Counted from the stretch's first letter, positions 41,116 through 53,801 are shown. The stretch is DNA of 64,000 nucleotides from Octopus sinensis (GCF_006345805.1 NC_043010.1:3534001-3598000); one strand, 5' to 3'. Program-made: numbers and translations. Notes: generated from the letters alone by a model not told the origin.

Positions 41116-41513
41116 CTCTTTACTCTTTTACTTGTTTCAGTCATTTGACTGCGGCCATGCTGGAGCACCGCCTTTAGTCGAAAAAATCGACCCCGGGACT
41201 TATTCTTTGTAAGCCCAGTACTTATTCTATCGGTCTCTTTTTGCCGAACTGCTAGGTGACGGGAACGTAAACACACCAGCATCAGTTGTCAAGCAATGCT
41301 AGGGGGACAAACACACACACACAAACACACACACATATATATACATACATATATACGACGGGCTTCTTTCAGTTTCCGTCTACCAACTCACAAGGCATTG
41401 GTCAGCCCGGGGCTATAGCAGAAGACACTTGCCCAAGATGCCACGCAGTGGGACTGAACCTGCAACCATGTGGTTGGTTAGCAAGCTACTTACCACACAG
41501 CCACTCCTGCACC
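41116..41513 (-). mobile_element. SINE family A, full length
   Basis: Reverse complement of the family A consensus. Confidence 0.9.
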
Positions 41514-42165
41514 TATCATACTTACTTTTATCGTATTATTTAAAACTAGTTTTATCATCTAGAAAGGTCAAAAGGAAGAAAGTAGAATTGAATATTGTAT
41601 ACTAAATGAAAAAGTACAGTGTAATTTCTAGAAGACTGATAAAGAACTAGAGAGCTATAAATGCTGCAGATTTTTACCTACAACAAAAGGTGACTATGAA
41701 TCCGATGAGGATGTGGTTAGACATTACAGATGATAGCCAATGTGTATATGTAGAATAGGTGGCCATGCATTGATATGAACATGTAATGAAACTGGATAAA
41801 TTTTACTGAGTCATAGTGCTTTGAGTTATAATGGTAAAAAATTTATACTTAAAGAGGCAATGAAGTGAAGGTGTTTGATTAAAATGAAAGTCACCACCTT
41901 AGGACTGTTTTGGCTTTGATTTTTTGCTTTCTCTGCTAGAAAGAAGACCTGACTTTCTTTTCAAAATTTTTGTTTAAAATATGTACCTGGAAAAAATTTC
42001 TAATTTTTACATTTAAACAATATAAGTAAAAAAAGCATTGGGTCACTAGCAGTATTTAAAAAGTTCCATGTTTTAATTTCTTTTCTTATATCGAAAGGAC
42101 AGAAATTTATCATAGTAAAATATATTAATGCTTTTAAAAATTGCTGATACCGTTTGTTTAAATCT

Positions 42166-42199
<34 letters not shown>

Positions 42200-42238
42200 C
42201 TCTCTCTCTCTCTTCTCTCTCTCTCTCTCACACACACA

Positions 42239-42456
42239 CAAGGGGGTGCTGTAGAGTTCCTGGCTTTAAGGGTTTTGCAAAAGGCCTAGTTGCAGGCCCA
42301 ACCTTCTGAGTTCTTTTTACAGGGCTATGAAAAAATGAAGGACTACTGCAATAAGTGTGTGAATCTGAGAGGAGGATATGTTGAATAAAATTCTAATTAA
42401 CTGATCCTCCGGTATTTTCTTTTACTGAAAGCCAGGAATTTTTCAGTACCCGCTTG
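42239..42456 (+). mobile_element. Internally deleted mariner-type MITE
   Basis: TIRs caagggggtgctgtagagttcctggcttt / aaagccaggaatttttcagtacccgcttg. Internal remnant KDYCNKCVNLRGGYVE* resembles the mariner transposase C-terminus. Confidence 0.7.
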
Positions 42457-42542
42457 TGTGTGTGTACATACATATATACATCCAGGAGCTTTTCAACAGC
42501 CCCTTGTGTTTGTGTGCTTGTATATATATATATATATATTAT

Positions 42543-42596
<54 letters not shown>

Positions 42597-42893
42597 GCAA
42601 CCTTGGGACCAGAGGTGGTCCAGATTTCTGGACACAGAAAATATAAAATAAACAATGAAAAGTAAAGAACAAAATTGTATAACATATACAAGTTAATACA
42701 TTTCTAAAGCAAAATCTGTTTGATCTGGCTTTGTGTGACTCATACACCATGGGAACCAAAACAAAGTGGCCACTTGGCAAACTACTACAGCCCGCAAAAT
42801 TCGAAGCTAGCCAGTTTAAAAAATAGCTGGATTTCTGGATTCTGGATAAGAGATTTGGTACCTGTATGTATATATATGTATGCATGTATATAT

Positions 42894-43287
42894 GTGCTGG
42901 TGGCACATAAAAAGCACCATCCGAACGTGACCGATGCCAACCCTGCCTCGAATGGCTTCTGTGCCGGTGGCACATAAAAAGCACCATCTGAACGTGGCCG
43001 ATGCCAGCACCGCCTTGACTGGCTTCTGTGCTGTTGGCACATAAAAAATCACCAACCGATCGTGGCCGATGCCAGACCCCTCTGGCACCTGTGCAGGTGG
43101 CACGTAAAAAGCACCCACTACACTCGCGGAGTGGTTGGCGTTAGGAAGGGCATCCAGCTGTAGAAACACTGCCAGATCAGACTGGAGCCTGGGGCAGCCC
43201 CTGGCTCCCCAGACCCCGGTCGAACCATCCAACCCGTGCTAGCACGGAAAACGGACGTTAAACGATGATGATGATGATGATGATGAT
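42894..43287 (+). mobile_element. RTE-type LINE 3' UTR with four internal tandem units and (GAT)n tail
   Basis: Same family as 17558-17897. Confidence 0.85.
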
Positions 43288-45306
43288 ATATATATATATA
43301 TATATCCATTGTACCATGCTTTTTAGTGCTAAAGTTACTTACTCTTCGTTCAAACCCATGAAGAATAGATGTTTGGTTAAAAAAGTCAAGCATGATGAAA
43401 TGAAGCTAGATCACATATTGGACTTAAAATCTGATTTAGAACAGCATGAAAATAAATATCATGAGCCTAACAATTTATAATTTGACTGGAACTCAGTATA
43501 CATTATCCAATAAAGTTGATTGTTATTTTAACTATTGTGCTTTTATAGTGTGTTCCAAGGGTTTCTCTCGTCCTTCTAAAACTCTACAACCTTTCTTTAT
43601 CTATGGGCCTGGAAGCCTGCAACAGGAAGGCTACCACTCATATGTTGCCATTTACTTACTGCTTTCACTTCAGTCATCTTAAAATCATTAGAAACAATCA
43701 TTAGCAATAACCTTTTTCTTTTATTAATGTCTTTTTCCAATCATTGATAACCAGTTGGAACTACTTCACTTTTTTGTTACTCAGTGGTAGTTTCTAGTTC
43801 TTAATATTAGCAATAAGCAATGCTATTTGCAATCACTTGCAAATCTCTTAGCAAAGCTGCTCATGCGTAGGCTCCACCAGTTACTGTTTGCTTGAATGGA
43901 GTGCTTCTGATCAGATTGGTCCATTATAGTCCATGTCGACCTTATTCTACCAATCCAAGTGATTGATCTTCAAATCTTTGTTATTTTTAATCCTTTTCTA
44001 TATGAATAACCTACTTGCTGTTGCAACTAATCACAAACATTCGCATTTAAATGATACCATCTACATTTTTCTTTCAGTTGTCAATATTTTTCACTAATCC
44101 ATGAGGAATTTCACACTTTTCACCAAATCTAACATTCTCTATAAACTTCCTGGAAATGTTATTGACTATTTGGTCTTTTTCAATAGTCCCAAAGTCAGAT
44201 AATACATCTCTAAAATTTATCACTACCACTATATTTAGTCTATTACACTTTTGTTAATTTTTCCATAACAAATGGGTGCATTTAAGTCACACAATCTTTG
44301 TTGAGTCGCCATGGTAACTGGACATAATCTTTGGTGATGTTTCATGACAATATTTAGCTCCTATAATCTTTAATAACTTTCATAGCAACTAGGCACATTT
44401 AGGCTTTATGATCTTTGCTTGATTTCCATAGTAAGTAGACACTTATGTTCCACAATCTTTGGTAACAACCATGCATTTACAGTTCAGTTTTTACTTTCCA
44501 TGATAACTAGCTGTTTCACAAGGAATGAGTTATAAAGCTTTTGTTTCCTTTTCATGACCAAAGACCTCAAAATTGTAAATCAACCATTAGTTACATTTAG
44601 AACAAAAATAACGTATATGCCCAGATCTTTATGAAAATACCTGCTCCATGTTGCTGCCAAAGGAAGTCATTCACTTTATTAGCAAGTCTTTACCTTATAA
44701 GCATCAAGCCCTATCTTTTCTACGACTTTGAACATACTAGGAGTATATTTTTGTCACCTAAATTGACTTAATGCATATTCTCTTGCCTTTCTTCTCTTTC
44801 CGCGCTTCATACTCCAATATTACTTTATCTAATTCTTTTCTTGACTGCATCTCTGGAGTTCATTCCTACTCATCTATTTCCCTCCGTAACTAACCTACAT
44901 TTTTTTCAAACTGAATGTCAACCATGTTAAACTAATCCAGTTCCCATTACCCACCATAGTCAAGAATCTAATAATCTTTAAACATTAATCTTTAAACATT
45001 AATCTGAAAACACAACCTGTTCTCAGATTAATGATTAGATAAATTATTTGTATTAATAGTCTCTACATATTTTTGTTATCATCACAAATACACTTTAAGC
45101 ACTTTTATTTATGAATTGATATCAATTCAAATCTTTCTCAAGTTAATTTAGTTTTTCTTCCCATTTGATTGATAAAGAAAATATCTGTTATATATTGAGA
45201 TTGATTAAATCAACTATGACCCTGCTGTATAAAAGATAAAATCATTAATTAGTTTTGTTCTGCATTGAAACCAGTCAAAATTTCAAAGAAAATTTTCCTC
45301 ACTTAC

Positions 45307-45475
45307 CAGGTAAAGTTTCATAGTGAGCAGTACTTGCTTCACTGCAGCCATGTCCACTGTCAGTTACAGAAGACATCGTTGACATCTCACTGAAACGGTC
45401 AGGGGACATAACCATATGTTGTTGATCTTTACCAATAACACGGGTCACTGAGAAATCTGGAGGGTTACCTTGTAT
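45307..45475 (-). CDS. Internal coding exon (169 nt, phase 0 to phase 1) of a probable protocadherin cytoplasmic domain: IQGNPPDFSVTRVIGKDQQHMVMSPDRFSEMSTMSSVTDSGHGCSEASTAHYETLP-G
   Basis: On the minus strand, a long polypyrimidine tract ends ...ttgcaacttcaccAG|ATA and the exon ends at a consensus donor CTG|GTAAGT. The frame is open and non-repetitive. The SxxxDSGHGxSE motif resembles the conserved DSGxGxSE motif of delta-type protocadherin tails. Family assignment is from motif memory only. Confidence 0.7.
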
Positions 45476-46589
45476 CTGGTGAAGTTGCAAAAAAGAAAAA
45501 AAAGGAGAAAGGAAAAATAAACAAAAGTCTGAAAAAAATCTTTTCTATTTATATAATTTAAATGAGCATATTTAACTAAATAGCTACTTTCATTTTACTT
45601 TTATATTTTATATTTCAATAATTGCTGTCAAATACCATTATTTTTTTAAAGATAGCAACACAAAGGCAGAAAACTTATTTTACAAAAAGCAAAATTCAAA
45701 TTCAAGTGTTTTGAGAAAGAACTTTCCCAAAATATGTTTCTGCATTTTCACAAATGTTACAGTATATATTCTAACTTAATTCATTCCTTATGATAAACCC
45801 ATTTCTCAATTTATATTTCCAAAAGAAAAAAGACAAGCAAAAAATAGCATAAATGATAAATACATGCTGTTAATCATTTTTCAATTAGATTTCCTAAAAT
45901 GTTAATTTCTAGCTACTAGAAAAATGACCAAGTATCTTGGACTTATTTTTCAACTCATGGAAAAGGGATGCAAGCTGGTTTGAGTCTATCAAACTAACAA
46001 GCAGCAATGGAAATCCTTGAGAAGCTATAACAAAACAGTATATCATTCCATACTGGCTTAAATTCAGGTACAAATACTGTTTCTAAATTACTGCTGTTTA
46101 TGCAACAAGGTCCAGCTTTCAGATTGTTACAGTAGAACTGTTGATCCCAATTTCATTGCAGTCTCAAAATCTAGGCACAATCATTACTTGGCAATGGTGT
46201 TTCTAGCATAGCTGGTTACAACTTGTTTTGCAAAAACCATTTTAATTGCCAAGTAGGATTCTATGATGATCCTTCAGCACATCCTCAATTCAATTTGGGC
46301 TGCATGCAAAGCATAAGCTCCTTGTAATTTGTTGGAAATCCAAAAGCACAATTTGGGAGATTACAGCAGTCTGCCTTACCAGAAAAAAAAATAACAAGAT
46401 GCTGAACAGGAATACAGATTATATAGAACAGAAAATAGAAAATGGTACTAATGTGTGTCCAAACATTCAAACAGGTGACTAAAAGACAATGCATAATAAC
46501 TGACATAGGTAGTAAAGAGCTCTGGAAATCTGTACAATTGAAACAGAGGTGACATTATCTAGTTGACCCTCTACACAATTTCCTCACAA

Positions 46590-46920
46590 GTAAGACTCCT
46601 GATAGTCCCAAAGGGTGAGAAGAGCTTATTGCTGAATGCTATTCTGGCATTTTTACTGTGGAAATCTAAGTGTAACATCTTCACTGACATTCAATTCCCT
46701 ATCTCTGGTGTTGAAGGTGTTACTTATCTACTTCTCAAATATGGTAGCCTCTTTCTACTGCACTAGCTTTTACTCCTTTTCCAATTCTACCTTAATAACT
46801 GCATTACCTCAGAACAGTAGAAGATTGTCAGCATTAATCCCCTGTTCAAAAAGGGTGATCACACATCACCTGTCTGTTATTGTCAAACCAGTCTCACTAG
46901 CTATGTCACTAAGTTGAGGG
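46590..46920 (+). mobile_element. Decayed CR1-group RT fragment
   Basis: INPLFKKGDHTSPVCYCQTSLTSYVTKL resembles the PIFKKGD..NYRPISLTS motif. Confidence 0.55.
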
Positions 46921-47408
46921 AGCCCTGTGTCAGAGAAGCTGCCCAGAGATGTGCAGACAGATGAATTCTCTTTATCAGTCATTTACCATATAGCTTGAAC
47001 ATCTTGCTTCTCTGGGCATCATTATACTGAAGCTTTGACACTTAGCAGCTGACTTTGTAGCAGCCCACAAGACTATCCACCCTCTTTTCAGCAACAACTT
47101 GGGCCACCTTTTTGGATGTAATATTTCTACCAGCTGTGGATTAATTTATAATCTAAAAACCAGCTCAGCGCCCATGACTTTTAGAAACACTTTTTTGTAC
47201 TCAGAATTGTTAAGTATGGAATAAACTACCCACAGTGGCTGTCTGCTGTCAGAGCATTAGGATACTATCCTTCAAAAATTCCATGCTTCCTGATATTTGT
47301 CAAACTACTCTTGACACCCCTATACACCCCTTCCTTTTTATGGATCTTTTACTATTCATTTTGCTGTCCTTTTGTGCTTCATTCTGTTTACTAAATATAT
47401 ACTCTTGA

Positions 47409-47605
47409 TGTAAACACACCAGCATCGGTATATATACATATATACGACAGGCTTCTTTCAGTTTCCGTCTACCAAATCCACTCACAAGGCATTGGTCGGC
47501 CTGGGGCCATAGTAGAAGACACTTGCCCAAGATTCCACGCAGTGGGACTGAACCCGGAACCATGTGGTTGGTTAGCAAGCTACTTACCACACAGCCACTC
47601 CTGCA
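47409..47605 (-). mobile_element. 3'-truncated SINE A flanked by a 29-bp direct repeat
   Basis: cattctgtt(t/a)actaaatatatactcttga at 47380-47408 and 47606-47634. Confidence 0.85.
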
Positions 47606-47818
47606 CATTCTGTTAACTAAATATATACTCTTGACTATTGTTGCTGTCTTTCTTTACTTGCTGTTATTTTCTGTCCCCTCTTATACTTTTTCTTACAATA
47701 AGTTGTTGTGCATCTGTATACTGTATGCCCATAATTATTATTATTATTAAATATTTGTTAACTGACAACGAGAATCTCATGCTCTGAAATATTTGATTTT
47801 AACTTTTGATATATTTTA

Positions 47819-48006
47819 TTCGATTCACTTCAACATTTAAGTTTAAATTGTCAAAATATTTTCGTCGCTAAAATCCGTGACCTGTTCACTGACAAAAATC
47901 CGTGCTGCGAGAGATCGCAGCACGGATTTTTGTCAGTGAACAGGTCACGGATTTTAGCGACGAAAATATTTTGACAATTTAAACTTAAATGTTGAAGTGA
48001 ATCGAA
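47819..48006. repeat. Perfect palindrome: 92-bp arms, 4-nt loop (GAGA)
   Basis: Base-by-base reverse-complement check found no mismatch between 47819-47910 and 47915-48006. Confidence 0.97.
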
Positions 48007-48611
48007 CGGCTTTTGTGTGTTTCTTAAATGGCTTACAAACACCTTCCACGCTGCAATTGTTTCCGTTCCAGCACACGATCTCAGATCAAATCACTTGCTA
48101 TGCGAGTACATCTCCGTAATATATTTTATTATCTTTAACATTATTTCCTATTGTCATTAAGCAGCAATAGATAGAAACCCTTTCTAATACAGCAGTAATA
48201 GCACTTCAAGTTAGCAGCATATTCATTTGGTATATCTCAGTATTTGCAGCTTTTGCATGCATTTCTTTACTAATCCTTAACATTTGTCGTCAGTTTGGAA
48301 ATATTTACAAGGTTACAATTTGAGTCAACAGTTTTATATGCTAGACATTCAAAATGTAAGAGAAATGTGCTTTCTTTAAATTGCTGAAGTTTTGTTACTT
48401 TAACTGCAGGTTGATCTTTGCTATTTTGTGGAAATATGTTATTTACTAACTATGTGTAGCTGCACTAGGTTTTATTAAGGTAAAATCTTCATCAGTTCAT
48501 GCTTCCCAGGAATGCTATAATATTACCAAATTTCTGTTCCTTTTAGAAAATTATGTTATTTTGGTAGAGTTCAGTAATTTGACAAGGCAGTGACCAACAC
48601 CTTTGGCATTA

Positions 48612-48850
48612 TGTTACGCTTGAGAAGAAGACCAATCAAGCCAAGCAAAATTGCAGTTGTGACAGATACCAGTGTCATGCAAGTGGCATCCAAACTGGTG
48701 GTACATAAAAGCACCCATTACGCTCTCAGAGTGGTTGGCATTAGGAAAGGCATCCAGCTGTAGAAAACCATGCCAAATCAGGCTGGAGCATGGCACAGCC
48801 TTCCAGTGTGACAGCCCAGTCAAACCATTCAATTCATGCCAGCATGGACT
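48612..48850 (+). mobile_element. RTE-type LINE 3' fragment
   Basis: gtggtacataaaagcaccc...ggcatccagctgtagaaaac. Confidence 0.75.
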
Positions 48851-50252
48851 ATATGTTCTGTTAAGGTGACTTGTATATGTTATTGGCTGAGGTAAGGTAA
48901 TCCCAAAATGACTGCTGCTACTGCTGCTGCTGCTGCTGGATATGCTCAGATTTAATAGCCTTTATCAAGAATATCAATCAAGAGGTGAATGACATAAATG
49001 TAAAAGCAAATATGGCAAAATATGAGGTGTAGCTTTTCACCTTTTTAAACCACCCTATAAATTTAATGATAAAACATCTGTATGAATCACCCTCCACTTT
49101 ATTGTTTGAAGTCTTGGTTTCAGAAATGAGGAAGCACATGCGTGCATGCACACACATGCACGCATGCACACACACACATGCACACACACACACACATGCA
49201 CACACTCTCTCTCTCTCTTTCTTTCTCTCTCATCATCATCACCTGCCGATTGATAAATCTAAGCTAAAAAAATTATTATTTTGTTTGAATTAGCCCCAAA
49301 TCCTTAATGTATTTTGGTAGTATTAATAGTGTCAGACAAAATGCTTTGTAGAATGTACTTTTGGCCCTTTTCATTCTGAGTTTAAATCCTGTTGAGGTTG
49401 ACTTTGCACTTTGTCCTTCTGAAGTCAATGAAACAAAGTACCAGTCAAATACTGGGTTGATTTATTAGACTATATTATATTTTAGGCATTGTGTCTATGG
49501 TTGAAATCAATATATTCATAGCAGGATGATTTTTAAAGATAACCTCTTAAGTGTATTGAACAAAATAAAGTGAATTATATGAATTTTTCTTCAGTATAAC
49601 ATGAATTCAAATATTGCTTTCAGATAGAATATGTCCCTAGAATAAGTCAATTTATATTACCTACTAATAATATTCACATATATTTCAAAATTTGTCTGCT
49701 ATTCTTTAAAAGCATCGGCAATTTGCCTACAACTTGCCTAAAAATTACTTTCAAATACTTTTACCAAATCGTTTTCAATTATCTCTTATCCAGTACTACC
49801 AAGAAGTGGTTAGAAGAAAAGATACATAATAACTCTAAATTATAGGAATCTTTGCAAATGACTGTGACAAAGTCTCTTTCAGATTCAAACTTAAGAAACA
49901 AATTAAAAACATTTCTCTTTCTGATACAAAATACTATGTTCTAAAGCTAATTTTCTTATGCTTTGAATAGGTGACACTTTCTTTGACAATACTTTTGGAC
50001 ACTATACCAGTATTGAATGTGTGTGTGTATATATATGTATAAATATATAAATATGTATGCATATTTATACATACATATATATATCTTTACATATACAAAC
50101 ACACACACACACATATTAATCACATATATGCATATAAAGGTATATGCATATTTATACAAATATGCACACATGTATCCATCCATCTATCTATCTGTCTGTC
50201 TGCTTGCCTGCCTGTCTATCTTTCTATCTATCTATCTATCTATCTAGTTGCA

Positions 50253-50317
<65 letters not shown>

Positions 50318-51120
50318 ATATATATGCATATATAAATACACACATGCACATATAAATATAAATATATATATTGCATAACTTTTGTATGTATCATGAAATT
50401 AATGTTGTTAGTTTACCATAACGTTTGTAACAGTGATTTGACTTCTCTTTTCCTCAATTAAAATTATTGTTATACACCCAGTAAGACTACAATACACCTA
50501 TTTTGAAACACATGCTCTTCTAATAACTGACTGCAATATAGCCAATCATTCTTTGATTACTGAAAAGGGTGTACCTTTCACACAGCTATTAAAAGTCTTT
50601 GCTAGATAGGTCCTTCATGAAGTGTTACTGAGATCATTGCCTGGATTTCATTGTCCTCTGTCTTACACACGCACACATGCATGCACACACACATGCATGC
50701 ACACACACATGCATGCACACACACATGCATGCACACACACATGTATGTAAATGTATCTTTACATGCATCATCATCAATTAACATTTCTTTTCCATGCTGA
50801 CAGGTGTTGGGTGGTTTGTCAGTGACTGACAGGTCAGAGGCCATGTTCCATTGACAGCTTTGGCATAGCTTCTGCGGGTGGACATCCTTTATAATATAAA
50901 CTTCTTTATAGAGTATACTGGGTGATTTTTTTTCTTGTTTTTTTTTCTTTTGTGGCTTAAGCACTGGTGAGGTCCCCAAGTACATGTAACACAAGACCTT
51001 TCGACTAAGCTGGGTAGATATTGAGGGGTGCAAAATTATGAGGGATTGGAACATCTGTCTTGCTGAAGAGGTGAATACATGATGTACATATAAATATAAA
51101 TACATGTACATAAGCATATA

Positions 51121-51161
<41 letters not shown>

Positions 51162-51457
51162 TATATATGCATTCTCTTCCTGGGATGAAATATTGAAGGC
51201 TGATCTCAAGACACTGAGCCTTACGAAGGAGATGACAAAGGACTGTGATATCTGGTAGCTTGAGATACTCATGAAAATTTGTCCACCACTGCAGAACTGA
51301 TAACCTAAAACCAACTTGGTAATGCTTGTCTGTGAGGTCTCTTCCCCACCCCTCCTTCATCCTCTCTGCCCCATAAACCTTTTCTTCTCATATTTCATCC
51401 CATAACAACCATCTCCTCTCTATCACCTGAGAGCAGAATAGGCATATACTGCATACC

Positions 51458-51700
51458 TATTTCTTTACTACCCACAAGGGGCTAAACACAGAGGGGACAA
51501 ACAAGGACAGACAAACGAATTAAGTCGATTACATCGACCCCAGTGCATAACTGGTACTTATTTCATCGACCCCGAAAGGATGAAAGGCAAAGTCGACCTC
51601 GGCGGAATTTGAACTCAGAACATAACTGCAGACGAAATACTGGAAAGCATTTCGCCCGGCATGCTAACGTTTCTGCAATCATGCCGCTATTACTTTTCTC
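51458..51700 (-). mobile_element. SINE family B (tail variant 1) with perfect 20-bp TSD
   Basis: ataggcatatactgcatacc at 51438-51457 and 51701-51720. Confidence 0.9.
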
Positions 51701-52094
51701 ATAGGCATATACTGCATACCCCTCCACTGCTTTCTTGATTGCCTCTCCCCCCCCCCGCCTCGAACCACTTCCCTCATTTGCTACAGTCATTTCTGTCCTG
51801 CCCATTCACCCAGTCCAAACATCCATATCACTTCACCTATTCTCATCACACCAATGTCATTAGAAGGCATGTCCCAACACATCTTTACCATCATCCCTCC
51901 CACTATTGCTCTCTTTATCTTCCTCTTTGACTCACTCTGATTTTCTACTGGGGTATGCATGTGTCTACTCTACAAGACATCTATCTCTCTACTGCTATAC
52001 CTTTAATCTCTCAAATGGCATGAAGCCAGATCCCATTGATTACTCCTACCTTCTCCCAGTTGAGGTGATTTTGTTTTGCAAGGTATTCTTGGTG

Positions 52095-52300
52095 ATCCTG
52101 TCAGTGCAGGTATCACATGAAAAAACACCAGTGTTGGTGCCATGTAAAAAGCACCCCATACACTCTGCAAAGTGATTGACTTTGGGAAGAGCATCAAGCT
52201 GTACAAAACATGCTAAAACAGACAACAGAGCCTGGTACATCTTTTGGCCTTGCCAACTCCTGTTAAACCGTCTAACCCAGCATGGAAAAGCAGATGTTGA
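52095..52300 (+). mobile_element. RTE-type LINE 3' fragment, degenerate
   Basis: Family match to 17558-17897. Confidence 0.7.
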
Positions 52301-53801
52301 ATAATTATGATTGATATATAGATACAAACATACACACATATATCTGTACATGCATGTACATATACATGTATTTTTACACACAAACAGGCATATATACACA
52401 TACCTACATAAACGTGTATATATACATAGGTACATACAAATACATATATTTTTACACGTATATATGGCTTCTAGGAAGCCATAGGATGTTGTACAAGCAC
52501 TCAGCTCTGAGTGCACTACTTATAAAGGAAAGAGCTGTAAGCTAATGGCTTTTACAGAGCTCCTATTCTTTTCTCATTCATTAAATGATATATATATATT
52601 TATTAAGGCAGTACTTCAGCATGGCCGCAGTCAAATGAATAAAACAAGTAAAAGAGTAAAAGAATATATATATATATATATATATATTTGCTAGGAGACA
52701 CAAGCACTTACACATGTACACACGCAACTATAACTTCCACCTGCCAAATTCAATCACAATTCAGCTGGCTTGAGGCTATAGCAGAAGACACTTGCCCAAG
52801 GTGCCACGCAGTGGGACTGAACTCAAAGCCATGTAGCTGGGAAGCAAGCTTCCTAACCATACAGCCAAGCTTGCACCTACAAGTATGTATATATATATGA
52901 AGAAAGCATGCTGGGAGAATTGCTAGCATGCTGGGCAAAATGTTTTGTGGTTTTTCATCTGTCTTTATGTTCTGAGTTCTGCCAATTTTGGCTTTGCTTT
53001 TTATTCTTTTGGAGTCAATAAAATAAGTCTCAGTTGAGCACTGGGCCTAATGTAGCTGACTGACTTCCTTACCTCCCCCCCAAATTGCTGGCCTTGCCTC
53101 AAAATTTAAAACCTATATGTACATATATATATATAATCTCATTTAATGTATAAAGACATCAGCTACTGATAGTTTCATGCACTGGAGAGGCAAGTCTAAG
53201 CAAGATTTTATAGTACACCTTGTATCTCCAAGCAATGTTTAGGCTCTGAAGCACATGGTCTATTCAATTTACAAATCAGGACACTGGAACAAAAGTCACA
53301 ATAAAAAACATGAAGAAAGCTAGATGCAAAAACTTAGAAGGGTGAAAAAAATGGAAAAGGAAAATAAAGAAAATTAGTAATGCCCCCTTTGACCATAACA
53401 CCAAAATAAAGCTACTTAATGTAGAATAATTCAATGGAGAGAGTCCAAAATCTGTGAGACAGCTGCTCATTCCAAAGTGGGTAGTGTCTTACAATTCACC
53501 AAAAGAAATTTGTCCATAATTCAGTGTTTGCTGACAATTTCTCATCTGGAATTCTATAGTGTAGTGGAATTCTTAGATGTTAGAAGAATATGCAATCTTT
53601 CAGCTACACATAACATATAGCATGGATTTCTCCATGATTCTCCACTTGTACATATATATGTACGCATGTATGTATAGATATATACGCATATGTATTTATA
53701 CATGTATGTGTATATATTAAGTTGTCTGGAAAGTTCGGAGCATTATTTAATATGCAAAAAGGGATATAAATAATTGACCTTTCAATAAATTTCATTCAAT
53801 T

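Noticed and set aside
50602-51314. 171-aa and 92-aa minus-strand ORFs
   Set aside because: They are antisense read-throughs of RTE remnants (plus strand WDEILKADLKTLSLTKEMTKD) plus microsatellite.
760-52938. Dozens of ORFs rich in Y/I/C/V/M/H/T (e.g. 760-1105, 2330-2722, 21467-21962, 28845-30437, 31302-31749, 32622-33579)
   Set aside because: They are translations of (TA)n, (CA)n and (TACA)n microsatellites, which lack stop codons in several frames.
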